A program made the position numbers and the translations under genes. A stretch of DNA of 64,000 bases, taken from NCBI GenBank assembly GCA_963787835.1, contig CAWBEI010000004.1, positions 64,001 through 128,000 on the forward strand, written 5' to 3'. Each line of letters starts with the position of its first letter. The first letter of the stretch is position 1. Shown here one piece after another: positions 9,661 through 18,905 of this stretch. The notes beneath the pieces were generated by a model. The model saw only the letters and a program-made list of their open reading frames with translations, had not been told where the DNA came from and did no database searches. Origin of the DNA: Ignavibacteriota bacterium (GTDB lineage Bacteria; Bacteroidota; Ignavibacteria; Palsa-1295).

Positions 9661-10968
9661 TCACGGACTTCCTGCCGCTGCTCCGAGGTCATCTGCGGCG
9701 GCGTATCCATTACGAACAGCACCTTCGATAGTTGCAGGAAGTCCGTTCTGCACGATATCGCCTGCGAGGAAGAGATTCGGAAGGATTGTCGTTGTTCCCG
9801 GACGCGCTTTCTGTAATGACGGAGTGATAAGCAGTGTAGCCCGCTTTTCCCGAATGATCTGAAAATGCAGAAGCCGAGTCAGCCTTGCAGCAGGAACGGC
9901 GGCACAGAGATCGGTCCAGAGAATATGCTGAATCTCGTCGTTCGAGTGCTCGACAATTCCATACGCTGCACTCACCGTCAGAGCAAGGCGCTGGGCAAAA
10001 CGCAGGGATGGCTTAGGAAATGCCCATTGTAGGGTCGTGCCGAGAAAAGAATGAACTGGAGTAGAAAAAATCTCTCGGTCGAGCCAAAAATACGCATTGA
10101 CGATGGGGGAGTATTCGAATTCCGGAATGGATAACTGAACTTCTGGCGGTAATGGCTCGGAGGATTGACCGCTGTAGATCACTGAATCGAACGCCTCGTC
10201 ACCATGATCGGTCACGATCTTAAAATTATGACCATCCTTTTCAATAGTACGAACTGGAGTAGAGAGTAATATTCTCACCCCATTCTTTTCCAACAATTGA
10301 ATTGCCGGGTCGATCAACAATTCCGAAAGACCAACGGAGGGTATCACAAGATCGCTTGCTTCTTTGCCGGATAAGAATGCTTCCCGCAGTACATTCACAA
10401 AAAGCACGGCGCTTGCTTTCTCGATAGGTGCATTGATCGTTGCCAGCACGACGGGTTCCCAAAACTTCTTTATTAGCCCCGCGGGTTGGTGGAGTTTTTG
10501 TAATAGTGCTTCGCACGCCATGCCTTCCGCATTTTTAGCGGAGGATGCATCGATGGCAAGACCGAGCCACGAAGCGGCGAGTTTTTCGCGCTTGGTTAAC
10601 AACTTCGAACTCCAGAGGCCGCCGAGCAGGTTAACAGGTGGCTTCGATTGCGGCGGTAACTGCAAAATGGCCGGAGATTTTCGGCCTGCCTGATGGTAAT
10701 GAATAAGAAGAGGAGTTCGATACAGATGGTGATGGGAACCAATAGATTTCAGATACTTCAGCGTCGCACGGTAGCAACCCAAGAGCAAATGCTGACCGTT
10801 ATCGAGCATGTCGCCGGTGGTGGGGTCAACATACGAGCGTGTTCTGCCGCCAGCCTCTTTGCGGGCTTCGAAGATCGTGATATTGCGGAACCCGCGTTCC
10901 ACCAGCGCGACCGCTGCCGAGAGTCCACTGACCCCGGCGCCGACAATAGCTATTTTTGTATCTTTCAA
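9661..10968 (-). CDS. hpnE: Squalene-associated FAD-dependent oxidoreductase (hydroxysqualene dehydroxylase HpnE-like)
   Basis: GAGVSG Rossmann motif, GGRTRS, DNGQHLLLGCY, EKRAT and GLPATIEGAVRNG. Confidence 0.82.
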   Translation of the reverse strand: MKDTKIAIVGAGVSGLSAAVALVERGFRNITIFEARKEAGGRTRSYVDPTTGDMLDNGQHLLLGCYRATLKYLKSIGSHHHLYRTPLLIHYHQAGRKSPAILQLPPQSKPPVNLLGGLWSSKLLTKREKLAASWLGLAIDASSAKNAEGMACEALLQKLHQPAGLIKKFWEPVVLATINAPIEKASAVLFVNVLREAFLSGKEASDLVIPSVGLSELLIDPAIQLLEKNGVRILLSTPVRTIEKDGHNFKIVTDHGDEAFDSVIYSGQSSEPLPPEVQLSIPEFEYSPIVNAYFWLDREIFSTPVHSFLGTTLQWAFPKPSLRFAQRLALTVSAAYGIVEHSNDEIQHILWTDLCAAVPAARLTRLLHFQIIREKRATLLITPSLQKARPGTTTILPNLFLAGDIVQNGLPATIEGAVRNGYAAADDLGAAAGSP

Positions 10969-10985
10969 TTTCGGTGGAAATTTGT

Positions 10986-11071
10986 ATTGTCATTCCCGCG
11001 AAAGCGGGAATCCAGATCTTGAAAATCTACTAATTCCGAACCTGGATTCCCGCTTTCGCGGGAATGACAAT
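10986..11071. repeat. REP/RPE-like palindromic element with 30-bp perfect inverted arms
   Basis: ATTGTCATTCCCGCGAAAGCGGGAATCCAG ... CTGGATTCCCGCTTTCGCGGGAATGACAAT. Confidence 0.92.
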
Positions 11072-11087
11072 TTAGCTTTTTTTTGAA

Positions 11088-11444
11088 ATGAATCTTCTTA
11101 AGACTAAAAGAATAAAAAAGAAGCCGAGCTTTTACGCGCGCGTTTATGAGATCGTAGAACAAATCCCCGAAGGAAAGGTCACGACCTACGGCGCGATAGC
11201 TGAAGTGCTTGGCATGAAAGGCTCGTCAAGGATGATCGGCCAAGCGCTCAGTGCGCTGCCGGAGGGTTCGGATGTTCCAGCGCAACGCGTAATAAATAGA
11301 ATTGGCGCACTTTCGGCTGCCCACCATTTTGGCGGATACGACAAGCTGCGAGGAATCCTCAAACGCGAGGGCATTACCTTCAAAGGCGAGTTGGTGGATC
11401 TGAAGAAGCATTTCTGGGATCCGAAGAGTTTAGCAGACGCATGA
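11088..11444 (+). CDS. MGMT/alkyltransferase-like (Atl/YbaZ) protein
   Basis: IPEGKVTTYGAIA...VPAQRVIN. It lacks the PCHR cysteine, so it is ATL-type. Confidence 0.88.
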   Translation: MNLLKTKRIKKKPSFYARVYEIVEQIPEGKVTTYGAIAEVLGMKGSSRMIGQALSALPEGSDVPAQRVINRIGALSAAHHFGGYDKLRGILKREGITFKGELVDLKKHFWDPKSLADA

Positions 11445-11986
11445 AACCCGGTACTATCTTTGAGAAGCAATATTTTCGGCGATCGATCGAAGGATATCGT
11501 TCGCCCTATAACGATCCTTTCGAATATCGAACGGTGCAAGAACTCGGTGAAGAAAGAGTGATCGCAATGATGGTTCCATTTATTGATGATATTTCTAATC
11601 CTGATCGAATTGCTCAATCCAGGATAGAATGGAACTCGATGACATGGGACGATGGAGCAAAGTATCGGCCTGAGAACTGGTTAGTAGCATATATAGATGG
11701 TGTGCCAATCGGCGTTGTGTTCCCAACGCGATATGTGGATATGCCGAGTGGAGGTAGTCTTTCAACGATCGGCATCTTTCCGGAACATCAGGGAAAGGGT
11801 TACTCCAAAATTCTCCATGCGAAAGGACTCGAATCGCTTGCGGCAATGGGTTTGAAAGATTATGTTGGCTCTACCGAAGTAACGAATACACGTATGATCG
11901 CTACGGCACTCCTCAATGGTTGCGAACTTACAAAAGTGTATAAAATACAGGTAGATGAATTAGGACGGCATATACCAGTCCTATGA
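11441..11986 (+). CDS. GNAT family N-acetyltransferase
   Basis: IGIFPEHQGKGYS acetyl-CoA-binding motif. Confidence 0.8.
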   Translation: MKPGTIFEKQYFRRSIEGYRSPYNDPFEYRTVQELGEERVIAMMVPFIDDISNPDRIAQSRIEWNSMTWDDGAKYRPENWLVAYIDGVPIGVVFPTRYVDMPSGGSLSTIGIFPEHQGKGYSKILHAKGLESLAAMGLKDYVGSTEVTNTRMIATALLNGCELTKVYKIQVDELGRHIPVL

Positions 11987-12045
11987 TTGTCGGAAGCCTT
12001 TATGCCTAAAATGTGTTAACGCGGCTCAAACCCAAATTTTATTAC

Positions 12046-13802
12046 ATGGCGACGAACGTAGTAATGCCCAAAATGGGCGAATCTATAACGGAAGGCACAA
12101 TTCTCCGCTGGCTGAAGAAGGAAGGCGATACCATCCAGAAGGATGAACCCATCCTCGAAATTTCGACCGATAAGGTCGATACCGAAGTACCCTCGCCGGT
12201 GGCTGGCACGCTGCTGAAAATTTTAGCGCAGGAAAAGCAGACAGTGCTCGTCGGCGAACCGATCGCGTCCATTGGCGCGAATGGGGAAGCCGTTGCGGCT
12301 GCTCCAGCAAAGGCTGTCATTGCGAGCGAAGCGAAGCAATCTCAGTCTGCACCACCACAGATTGCTTCGTCGCCTGCTCCGCAGGCTCCTCGCAATGACG
12401 CTAAAAATGCGGCGCCTTTGAATGGACAGGCAGGACAAGGTCTGAAGCTGTTGTGATGCCGAAGATGGGAGAATCCATCGCGGAAGGCACGGTGCTTCGC
12501 TGGCTGAAAAAAGAGGGAGATAAGGTTGAGAAGGATGAGCCAATGCTCGAAATCTCCACAGATAAAGTGGATACCGAAGTTCCGGCGCCTTTTGCCGGTA
12601 CGCTTCTGAAAATTGTTGCTCAGGAAAAAGAAACGGTAGCTGTGGGCGCGACGATTGCTTTTATTTCTGGTGGATCCGGTTTTTCGGCACCGGCAGCTTC
12701 CGCTCCGGTTACTGCAAGTGCTCCACAACAACAGATTGCTTCGTCGCCCTCTTCCGCTCCGCTCCAGAGTGCTCCTCGCAATGACGTTGTTTATCAAAGT
12801 GCACCTGCTGCCAAAGACGATCGTTTCTACTCGCCGCTTGTAAAGAATATTGCGAAGACGGAAGGCATCTCTGTTCAGGAACTTTCGACAATACCAGGCA
12901 GTGGTTTAGGTGGGCGCGTCAATAAGAATGACATGCTGGCGTATGTCGCAGCGCGGAAATCGGGCAAAGTACAGTTCTATCAGCAGCAGGCGGCTCCGTT
13001 GCTGCAATCAACGCCAGCTTTTGCACCATCTGCGCCTCAGCCGATGGCTCCGTCCATCTTTGCGGGGAGTGGTCAGGCGACTACCATTATCCCGATGGAT
13101 AATATCCGGCAGAAGATCGCGGAGCACATGGTGCGTTCCGTGCAAACAAGCCCGCACGTGACAAGCATCAGCGAAGTGGATGTGACGAACATCGTCAATT
13201 ATCAGAAGAAGTATAAAGACACGTTCCAGCAGCAGTATGGCGTAAAGCTTACGCTGACGCCGATCTTTGTCGAGTGCATGATCAAGGCGTTGCGCGAGTT
13301 CCCTTTCATCAATGCTTCGATCGAAGGAACGAATATCGTCGTGCGTAACGACATCAATTTTGGTATAGCTGTCGCGATGCCACAGCAGGAGAATTCACCT
13401 TTGCCTCCTGCGCTTATCGTGCCGGTCATCAAACATGCGGATAGGCTGAGCCTTGCGGGCATTGCTTCTGCCGTTGGCGATCTCGCCAACAAAGCACGAA
13501 CCAAAAAGCTAACACCGGACGATATTTCCGGTGGAACATTCACGCTTACCAACCCCGGCATGTTCGGTAATATACTTTCCACGCCGATCATCAATCAGCC
13601 GAATCTTGCTATCATGTCCACCGGCGCCATTGTTAAGCGCGCCGTCGTAAAAACGGATGGGGAAGGTAACGATTACATCGCGATCCGCTCGATGATGTTC
13701 TTGGGGCTTACTCACGACCATCGCCTGATCGACGGCCTCTATGCCGTTCAGTTTACCGAGCGTGTGAAGCAATACATGGAATCATTCCGAGGGGAGCTTT
13801 AA
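12046..13802 (+). CDS. 2-oxoacid dehydrogenase E2 (dihydrolipoamide acyltransferase) with two lipoyl domains, split by a frameshift near 12442 into ORFs 12046-12456 and 12453-13802
   Basis: Two MPKMGES.TEG...[12 protein letters not shown] lipoyl domains, an E3-binding domain (SPLVKNIA...[10 protein letters not shown]) and the catalytic DHRLIDG. Confidence 0.92.
12316..12399. repeat. GTCATTGCGAG...CTCGCAATGAC palindromic element inserted in frame in the E2 linker; half copy at 12732-12785
   Basis: 84 nt = 28 codons (VIASEAKQS...APRND). Same family as 48111-48214 and 52997-53116. Confidence 0.88.
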
Positions 13803-13821
13803 TTCTGTTGATAGCAAGGGG

Positions 13822-14334
13822 CTAGATATTCAACACGAATAGATTCGTGAGAATATCAAGGTTCTTCGCGTTGAAGAACGTGGTTTCCAGTTTCGCACCC
13901 AAATGCTCGGCAACGCGCCGGGAAGCAGTGTGGTCGTGGGCCATTTGAATGATCACTCTGGTGAACCACGATTCCTCTTTAGCCATTTCAACACAACCTT
14001 GTGCAGCTTCTGTCGCATAGCCTTTATTCCAATGGGCTCTGTCGAAAATATAGCCTAAGTCGTTTTCGAGCTTATCATTCACGGAGGTGCGAGCATACCC
14101 GGTGAGCCCAACGAACTCGCCGGTCTCTTTAAGCCGCACCCCGTATCGTCCGAATCCATGCTCCTCGTAACTTTGGATGCTGCGGGCGATCCAATCAGCG
14201 GTTTTTTCCGGCGTAAAAGGAGCATGGTAGAAGCTCATCGTTAGTGCGTCGGATGTTATGAGGTGAAGCAGTCCCACATCATCCGACGTGAACTTAGTCA
14301 GCAAGAGCCTCGGTGTCTCGCGAATGACGTGCAT
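13822..14334 (-). CDS. RimJ/RimL-type GNAT N-acetyltransferase
   Basis: ETPRLLL, DLGY...HWNKGYATEAA and ASRRVAE.LG. Confidence 0.88.
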   Translation of the reverse strand: MHVIRETPRLLLTKFTSDDVGLLHLITSDALTMSFYHAPFTPEKTADWIARSIQSYEEHGFGRYGVRLKETGEFVGLTGYARTSVNDKLENDLGYIFDRAHWNKGYATEAAQGCVEMAKEESWFTRVIIQMAHDHTASRRVAEHLGAKLETTFFNAKNLDILTNLFVLNI

Positions 14335-14338
14335 TCGT

Positions 14339-15577
14339 TCAATTCACATTTTCCAGATACGCGACTTCGCCATGCAGGATCATGTTGAGGCCCACGATCT
14401 CGTGTTGTTCTGTCACCTTCACGGGCGTGATCTTATCAATAAGCCAGAGCATTCCATAGGTGAACGCGAACGCCCACACTGAGGATATTAAGATAGCAGC
14501 AAGCTGCTTCCCGAAGAATGATGCATTGCCCAAAAGCAATCCATTGGTGTGGACGCCGGGATTATAGTTTGCATCCGCCAGCACTCCAAGCAGAACGATT
14601 CCCAGCGCTCCACCGACACCGTGAACGCCCCAGACATCGAGTGCGTCATCCCATTTGAGTTTATTCTTGAGCATCACGGCCCAATAGCAGACAAGTCCTG
14701 CGGCGATTCCAATAACACAGGCGGACATTGGTGAAACATACCCAGCAGCAGGTGTGATCGTCGCTAATCCTGCTACCGCACCCGTCAGCAAGCCCAAGAA
14801 TTTCGGTTTGCGAGACGACATCCATTCCATGAACAGCCACGCGATAGCCGCGAAGCTTGCGGCGAGATCGGTATTCAGGAATGCGCTGGCTGTTACGCCA
14901 TCCACGCGGAACTCACTGCCGGCATTGAAGCCATACCATCCGAACCAGAGCAACCCGGTTCCCAACGCGACGAGTGGGATCGAATGCGGCCCGGCATCCG
15001 CTACCCGCCGCTTGCCAACATAGAGCACAGATGCCAATGCTGCCATTCCTGCAATGTTATGCACGACAATGCCGCCGGCGAAATCCAGCACGCCCCATTG
15101 CGCTAATAAGCCACCGCCCCAGACCATGTGAACAAATGGAAAATATACAAAGATGAGCCAAGCCGTCAGGAAAAGAAAATACGCTTTGAACGTCACCCGA
15201 TTTGCGAATGCGCCGGTAATAAGCGCCGGCGTAATGATCGCGAACATCATCTGGTACGCGATGAATACGAGCATCGGGATGGAAGGATTGAGAGGGGATG
15301 GACTCATTAGGTCCACGCCATGCAGGAACGCCATGTCGAGGTTCCCGATGATGCCGCCAACATCGCCGGAAAAGCAGAGCGAGTAGCCGAATGCGAACCA
15401 TAGTACCGTCGTCCAGCCCATGCTGACGAAGGACTGCATCATGATCGCCAGCACATTTTTTCTGCCAACGAGGCCGCCGTAAAAGAACGCAAGCCCGGGC
15501 GTCATGAGCATCACAAGGCTCGAACAAAGAATCATAAATCCGGTATTTCCGGTATCGATCGTCATGGTAGGGTGCAT
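14339..15577 (-). CDS. amt: Ammonium transporter
   Basis: LMTPGLAFFYGG, DFAGGIVVH, LWFGWYGFNAGS and DDALDVWGVHG. Confidence 0.97.
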   Translation of the reverse strand: MHPTMTIDTGNTGFMILCSSLVMLMTPGLAFFYGGLVGRKNVLAIMMQSFVSMGWTTVLWFAFGYSLCFSGDVGGIIGNLDMAFLHGVDLMSPSPLNPSIPMLVFIAYQMMFAIITPALITGAFANRVTFKAYFLFLTAWLIFVYFPFVHMVWGGGLLAQWGVLDFAGGIVVHNIAGMAALASVLYVGKRRVADAGPHSIPLVALGTGLLWFGWYGFNAGSEFRVDGVTASAFLNTDLAASFAAIAWLFMEWMSSRKPKFLGLLTGAVAGLATITPAAGYVSPMSACVIGIAAGLVCYWAVMLKNKLKWDDALDVWGVHGVGGALGIVLLGVLADANYNPGVHTNGLLLGNASFFGKQLAAILISSVWAFAFTYGMLWLIDKITPVKVTEQHEIVGLNMILHGEVAYLENVN

Positions 15578-15692
15578 ATCAATCTCCTTTTTTATTGGGA
15601 TGAGGACTTAACCTTACAAAAATACTATCTTTTTGGGGTGAATCCACAAATATTATACTTTAATCTGCCAACCCCTTCAATAGCAAGTATTC

Positions 15693-16061
15693 TTACTTTG
15701 GCTTATTATATCCCCGCTCTCCGAACGGCTGCATATCATCAATAACGAATTGTTCCAGAGCAAGGAGCTCGCTTCTCTCATTCGTAGCGGGGTCGTCGGA
15801 GGGTTTTAGCTCGTGCAGGATTTCGAACGTGAAATTCTCTGCGCCGGATTCATTCCAATCTTGTTGGAGCGACTTGTTCGCATGACCGTTCGCATTGAGT
15901 TTGAATTGCTCGCCATTCCAGATAAGGTCGAGATTCGCGGCACGGGCAATGTAACGTTTGCCATTGGTAAGATTGCGAATCGCAAAGATTCCCATTCGTG
16001 GTTTTAATTGCTTATACTCATTCTTCAGTTCTTTGCGTGTTTTCATATTCGGCGTGGTCAC
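15693..16061 (-). CDS. GIY-YIG nuclease family small protein
   Basis: MGIFAIRN...GKRYI...LQQDWN..G.ENF.FEIL...GYN. The start may be ATG 16046. Confidence 0.75.
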   Translation of the reverse strand: MTTPNMKTRKELKNEYKQLKPRMGIFAIRNLTNGKRYIARAANLDLIWNGEQFKLNANGHANKSLQQDWNESGAENFTFEILHELKPSDDPATNERSELLALEQFVIDDMQPFGERGYNKPK

Positions 16062-16837
16062 GCAGAAAGCGGGTCTCGTTTCACACGATGTGTGATCGCT
16101 ATAAGTGCGATCATGGCTACTGCTATAACGAGCGAGGAGGCAATCCGGCTCAGATCCAGTCCGCCGATCGCTGCGGGCTTGGTAAGAGTATCGCCAAGCG
16201 TGGCACCGAGCGGACGCGAGAGCACATACGCCGCCCAGAACAAAACCGTCTTGGGGATGCGCGTTGTGAAATGGAGCACTGCAACAACTGCAAGCAATCC
16301 GGCAAAAATTAGTGCGCCATTCTCAAAGCCAATACCGGCAGAGTCCGCAGTGAAATCGCCCAGTGCGGTTCCCAGCGTATTGGAGACGAGGATGGTGATC
16401 CAATAGAAGAACTCATTCTTACGATCGGTCACGTGATCGACCTGTAACTTGCCCGTCGCAAAATGCCAGATGGCAAGGATGATAAGCACGAGTGTGAAGA
16501 GCAGGATGGAGGATAGAATGTAGCCAAGCCCGAGCGTGCGGTCTATGTAATCCGAGGTTGTGGTTCCGACCGTGGTCGTTGCAACCACGACCATCCAGTA
16601 AAAGAACGGATGATAATGCTTCGCTTTGAGCTGGGCTGTTAGCGTAACAGCAAAAAAAGCCAGAAAAATAAGGGTGCTGACGGCATAACCGAGATTCAGC
16701 TCCATCGAAAGCGCATCGCCGCCTGTTTCGCCAAGTGTGGTGGCAAAGATCTTGACGATCCAGAATGCAAGGGTAACTTGTGGAACCTTATTGAGAAGTT
16801 TTCGGGCGGTTGTATTCGTAGGTTGCGAATTCGTCAT
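16058..16837 (-). CDS. COG4705/DUF347-repeat membrane protein
   Basis: KVPQVTLAFWIVKIFATTLGETGGD...SNTLGTALGD...RPLGATLGD. Confidence 0.88.
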   Translation of the reverse strand: MTNSQPTNTTARKLLNKVPQVTLAFWIVKIFATTLGETGGDALSMELNLGYAVSTLIFLAFFAVTLTAQLKAKHYHPFFYWMVVVATTTVGTTTSDYIDRTLGLGYILSSILLFTLVLIILAIWHFATGKLQVDHVTDRKNEFFYWITILVSNTLGTALGDFTADSAGIGFENGALIFAGLLAVVAVLHFTTRIPKTVLFWAAYVLSRPLGATLGDTLTKPAAIGGLDLSRIASSLVIAVAMIALIAITHRVKRDPLSA

Positions 16838-16922
16838 TAAACCAAATCAAATTGTGATAATAGTATTATAAAACCGATAGGCCGATAACGATAGTGCCAA
16901 AAGTATCGCTTTTCGAATATTA

Positions 16923-17672
16923 TCACTCTATTAACAACTGCACTCCGGCATACGCAATGTATTCATTGTAGCCTGCCGGAGTAAGGTTTCTTCCGGCGGA
17001 GCCGATGAAATAAAGTGCATCCGTGATCTTCGCTCGAGACCCGATATTTGCAAGGATTTCGGTTGCGATGCCAGTTTCCGAGATGGAGTGAAGTTCTGCC
17101 ATCAGTTCAAATGCGGGTGAAAAATTATATCCAGCAACTATGCCATATTGCCACTGACCCCGGGAGTCTTCGATAAAATCGAATCCGCAATCCACATCGA
17201 GATCAAGATTACCAAAGGAGCGGGATGCCTCGACGGGAAGAAAGAACTGATTACCAACCAAGATCGAGGAAATATTGGTGTAATTAAAACGGTACGAAGG
17301 ATACGTTGATAGATTAAATCCCGAAGAATCTTCATCCAAGAAACGAATTTTTACTCCGGGGCTGATATTCCCCAAGCCTGTTACGGTCGATCTGTTGGGA
17401 GCGCCCACCACAACCCAGGGAATATCCAGCCGGAGTTGAATATGCTCTCCCCAGCCATAATTGATATCCGCGTCCGGTGTTTCGAGGAGATGTTCGGTGG
17501 GAGTATGATCGAGCGTAAAGGCGAAATTATTCTCCCAATGTCCGGGGCCGGGAGTGCCGGGATCATCGGTGATCATTGGCGGGCCGCCTTGCGCGAATAC
17601 GTTAGCGGGATGAATGACAACCCCTGTTTCAAGAATAGCGAATATAAATATCGAGAGATTAATTACCCTCAC
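16923..17672 (-). CDS. Putative outer-membrane beta-barrel protein
   Basis: Signal-like segment, then QGGPPMITDDPGTPG.GHWE; alternating aromatic strands; C-terminal AYAGVQLL. The ORF-track extension to 17780 is REP-derived, and the start is uncertain. Confidence 0.65.
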   Translation of the reverse strand: MRVINLSIFIFAILETGVVIHPANVFAQGGPPMITDDPGTPGPGHWENNFAFTLDHTPTEHLLETPDADINYGWGEHIQLRLDIPWVVVGAPNRSTVTGLGNISPGVKIRFLDEDSSGFNLSTYPSYRFNYTNISSILVGNQFFLPVEASRSFGNLDLDVDCGFDFIEDSRGQWQYGIVAGYNFSPAFELMAELHSISETGIATEILANIGSRAKITDALYFIGSAGRNLTPAGYNEYIAYAGVQLLIE

Positions 17673-17704
17673 TATCTGGTGCTTTAAAAAAAGATGCCCC
17701 TTAA

Positions 17705-17842
17705 TAATGTCATCCTGAGCGAAGCAAGACGCAGCGATAGCGGAGTCTTGCGAAGTCGAAGGATCTTTGTCAAACCGCATAAGATCCTTCGACTCCGTTT
17801 ATTCCTCCTTCGTCGGAATAAACTCCGCTCAGGATGACATTA
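17705..17842. repeat. TGTCATCCTGAGCG...CGCTCAGGATGACA palindromic REP-like element
   Basis: Inverted termini plus an inner GTCGAAGGATCT/AGATCCTTCGAC pair. Confidence 0.88.
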
Positions 17843-17852
17843 GTATTACATT

Positions 17853-18809
17853 TCAAATTAAACTCTTTCCATCAATCAGTTGAGAACCATTTGCATTCGT
17901 AAGCGCATATTGAAATCCCTTCGCGATCGCGAAGGCTCCCGATTCGCCATTTTTATTCAGCGCAAGAAACGCGACTTGAAAATCATGATAATCCGGCTGT
18001 TTTTTCGCGATGCGGCGAACGGCTTCTTCACATGCCTCGGTTGGCGTAGCACCGTGGCGCATTGCTTCGACTACCGTATGTGCGCCTGCAATTTTTATGT
18101 TCGATTCTCCTTTGCCGGTCGATGTTGCTGCGCCGATATCGTTATCCACAAAAAGTCCGGCGCCGATGATGGGAGAGTCCCCAACGCGGCCATGATATTT
18201 CCATGCAAGACCGCTCGTGGTGCAGGCTCCGGATAGATTCCCAGCCGCATCGAGCGCCAGAATGCCAATGGTATCGTGATACTCTTTGGGAATGTAGTGG
18301 TTATCGGCTTTCCATTTTTCCCAGGCTTTGCGGGAATCCTCGGTGAGGAGTTCCTCTTTTGGGAATCCTTGTGAGATCGCAAAATCAAGCGCGCCTTGTC
18401 CCACAAGAAAAACATGCGGCGTTTTTTCCATCACTTTGCGTGCTACGGAAACCGCGTGGACGATATGCTCCAGCGCGGCCACCGAGCCGCAGTTCCCAAG
18501 CTCATCCATCACGCAGGCGTCCAGCGTTACCTTGCCATCGCGGTCGGGGTAGCCGCCTCTGCCAACGCTGTGGTTCGTAGGATCGGCCTCCGGTACGCGC
18601 GCGCCAGCCTCGACTGCATCGAGTGCGCGGCCATTAGCGGCCAGAATTTTCCATGCTTCTTTGTTGGCTTCCAAGCCAAAATTCCACGTCGATACGACGA
18701 CCGGTTTTTGAACCGCCGGTGCTGTTGCTCGCGAAATTCGTGGCAGCGCCGCGCCTGCCGCACTGAGGGAAATGCCTTTTAGTAGATCGCGCCGAGTAAT
18801 CATACTCAA
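17853..18809 (-). CDS. N(4)-(beta-N-acetylglucosaminyl)-L-asparaginase (Ntn hydrolase), Tat-exported
   Basis: TRRDLLK Tat motif, HD|TIG autocleavage site and TSG...GRVGDSPIIGAG. Confidence 0.93.
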   Translation of the reverse strand: MSMITRRDLLKGISLSAAGAALPRISRATAPAVQKPVVVSTWNFGLEANKEAWKILAANGRALDAVEAGARVPEADPTNHSVGRGGYPDRDGKVTLDACVMDELGNCGSVAALEHIVHAVSVARKVMEKTPHVFLVGQGALDFAISQGFPKEELLTEDSRKAWEKWKADNHYIPKEYHDTIGILALDAAGNLSGACTTSGLAWKYHGRVGDSPIIGAGLFVDNDIGAATSTGKGESNIKIAGAHTVVEAMRHGATPTEACEEAVRRIAKKQPDYHDFQVAFLALNKNGESGAFAIAKGFQYALTNANGSQLIDGKSLI

Positions 18810-18905
18810 AAATACGAAATTATCGGAGTATTCAGTGATGTAATCATTTAGGCTGGATTTGGTTTAGTTATTAGGTGTCACGTCATTTGACGAAAGGGTA
18901 ATGTT

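Noticed and set aside
15693-16061. GIY-YIG gene as a homing endonuclease or mobile intron
   Set aside because: It is a short stand-alone ORF, with no interrupted host gene or intron structure visible.
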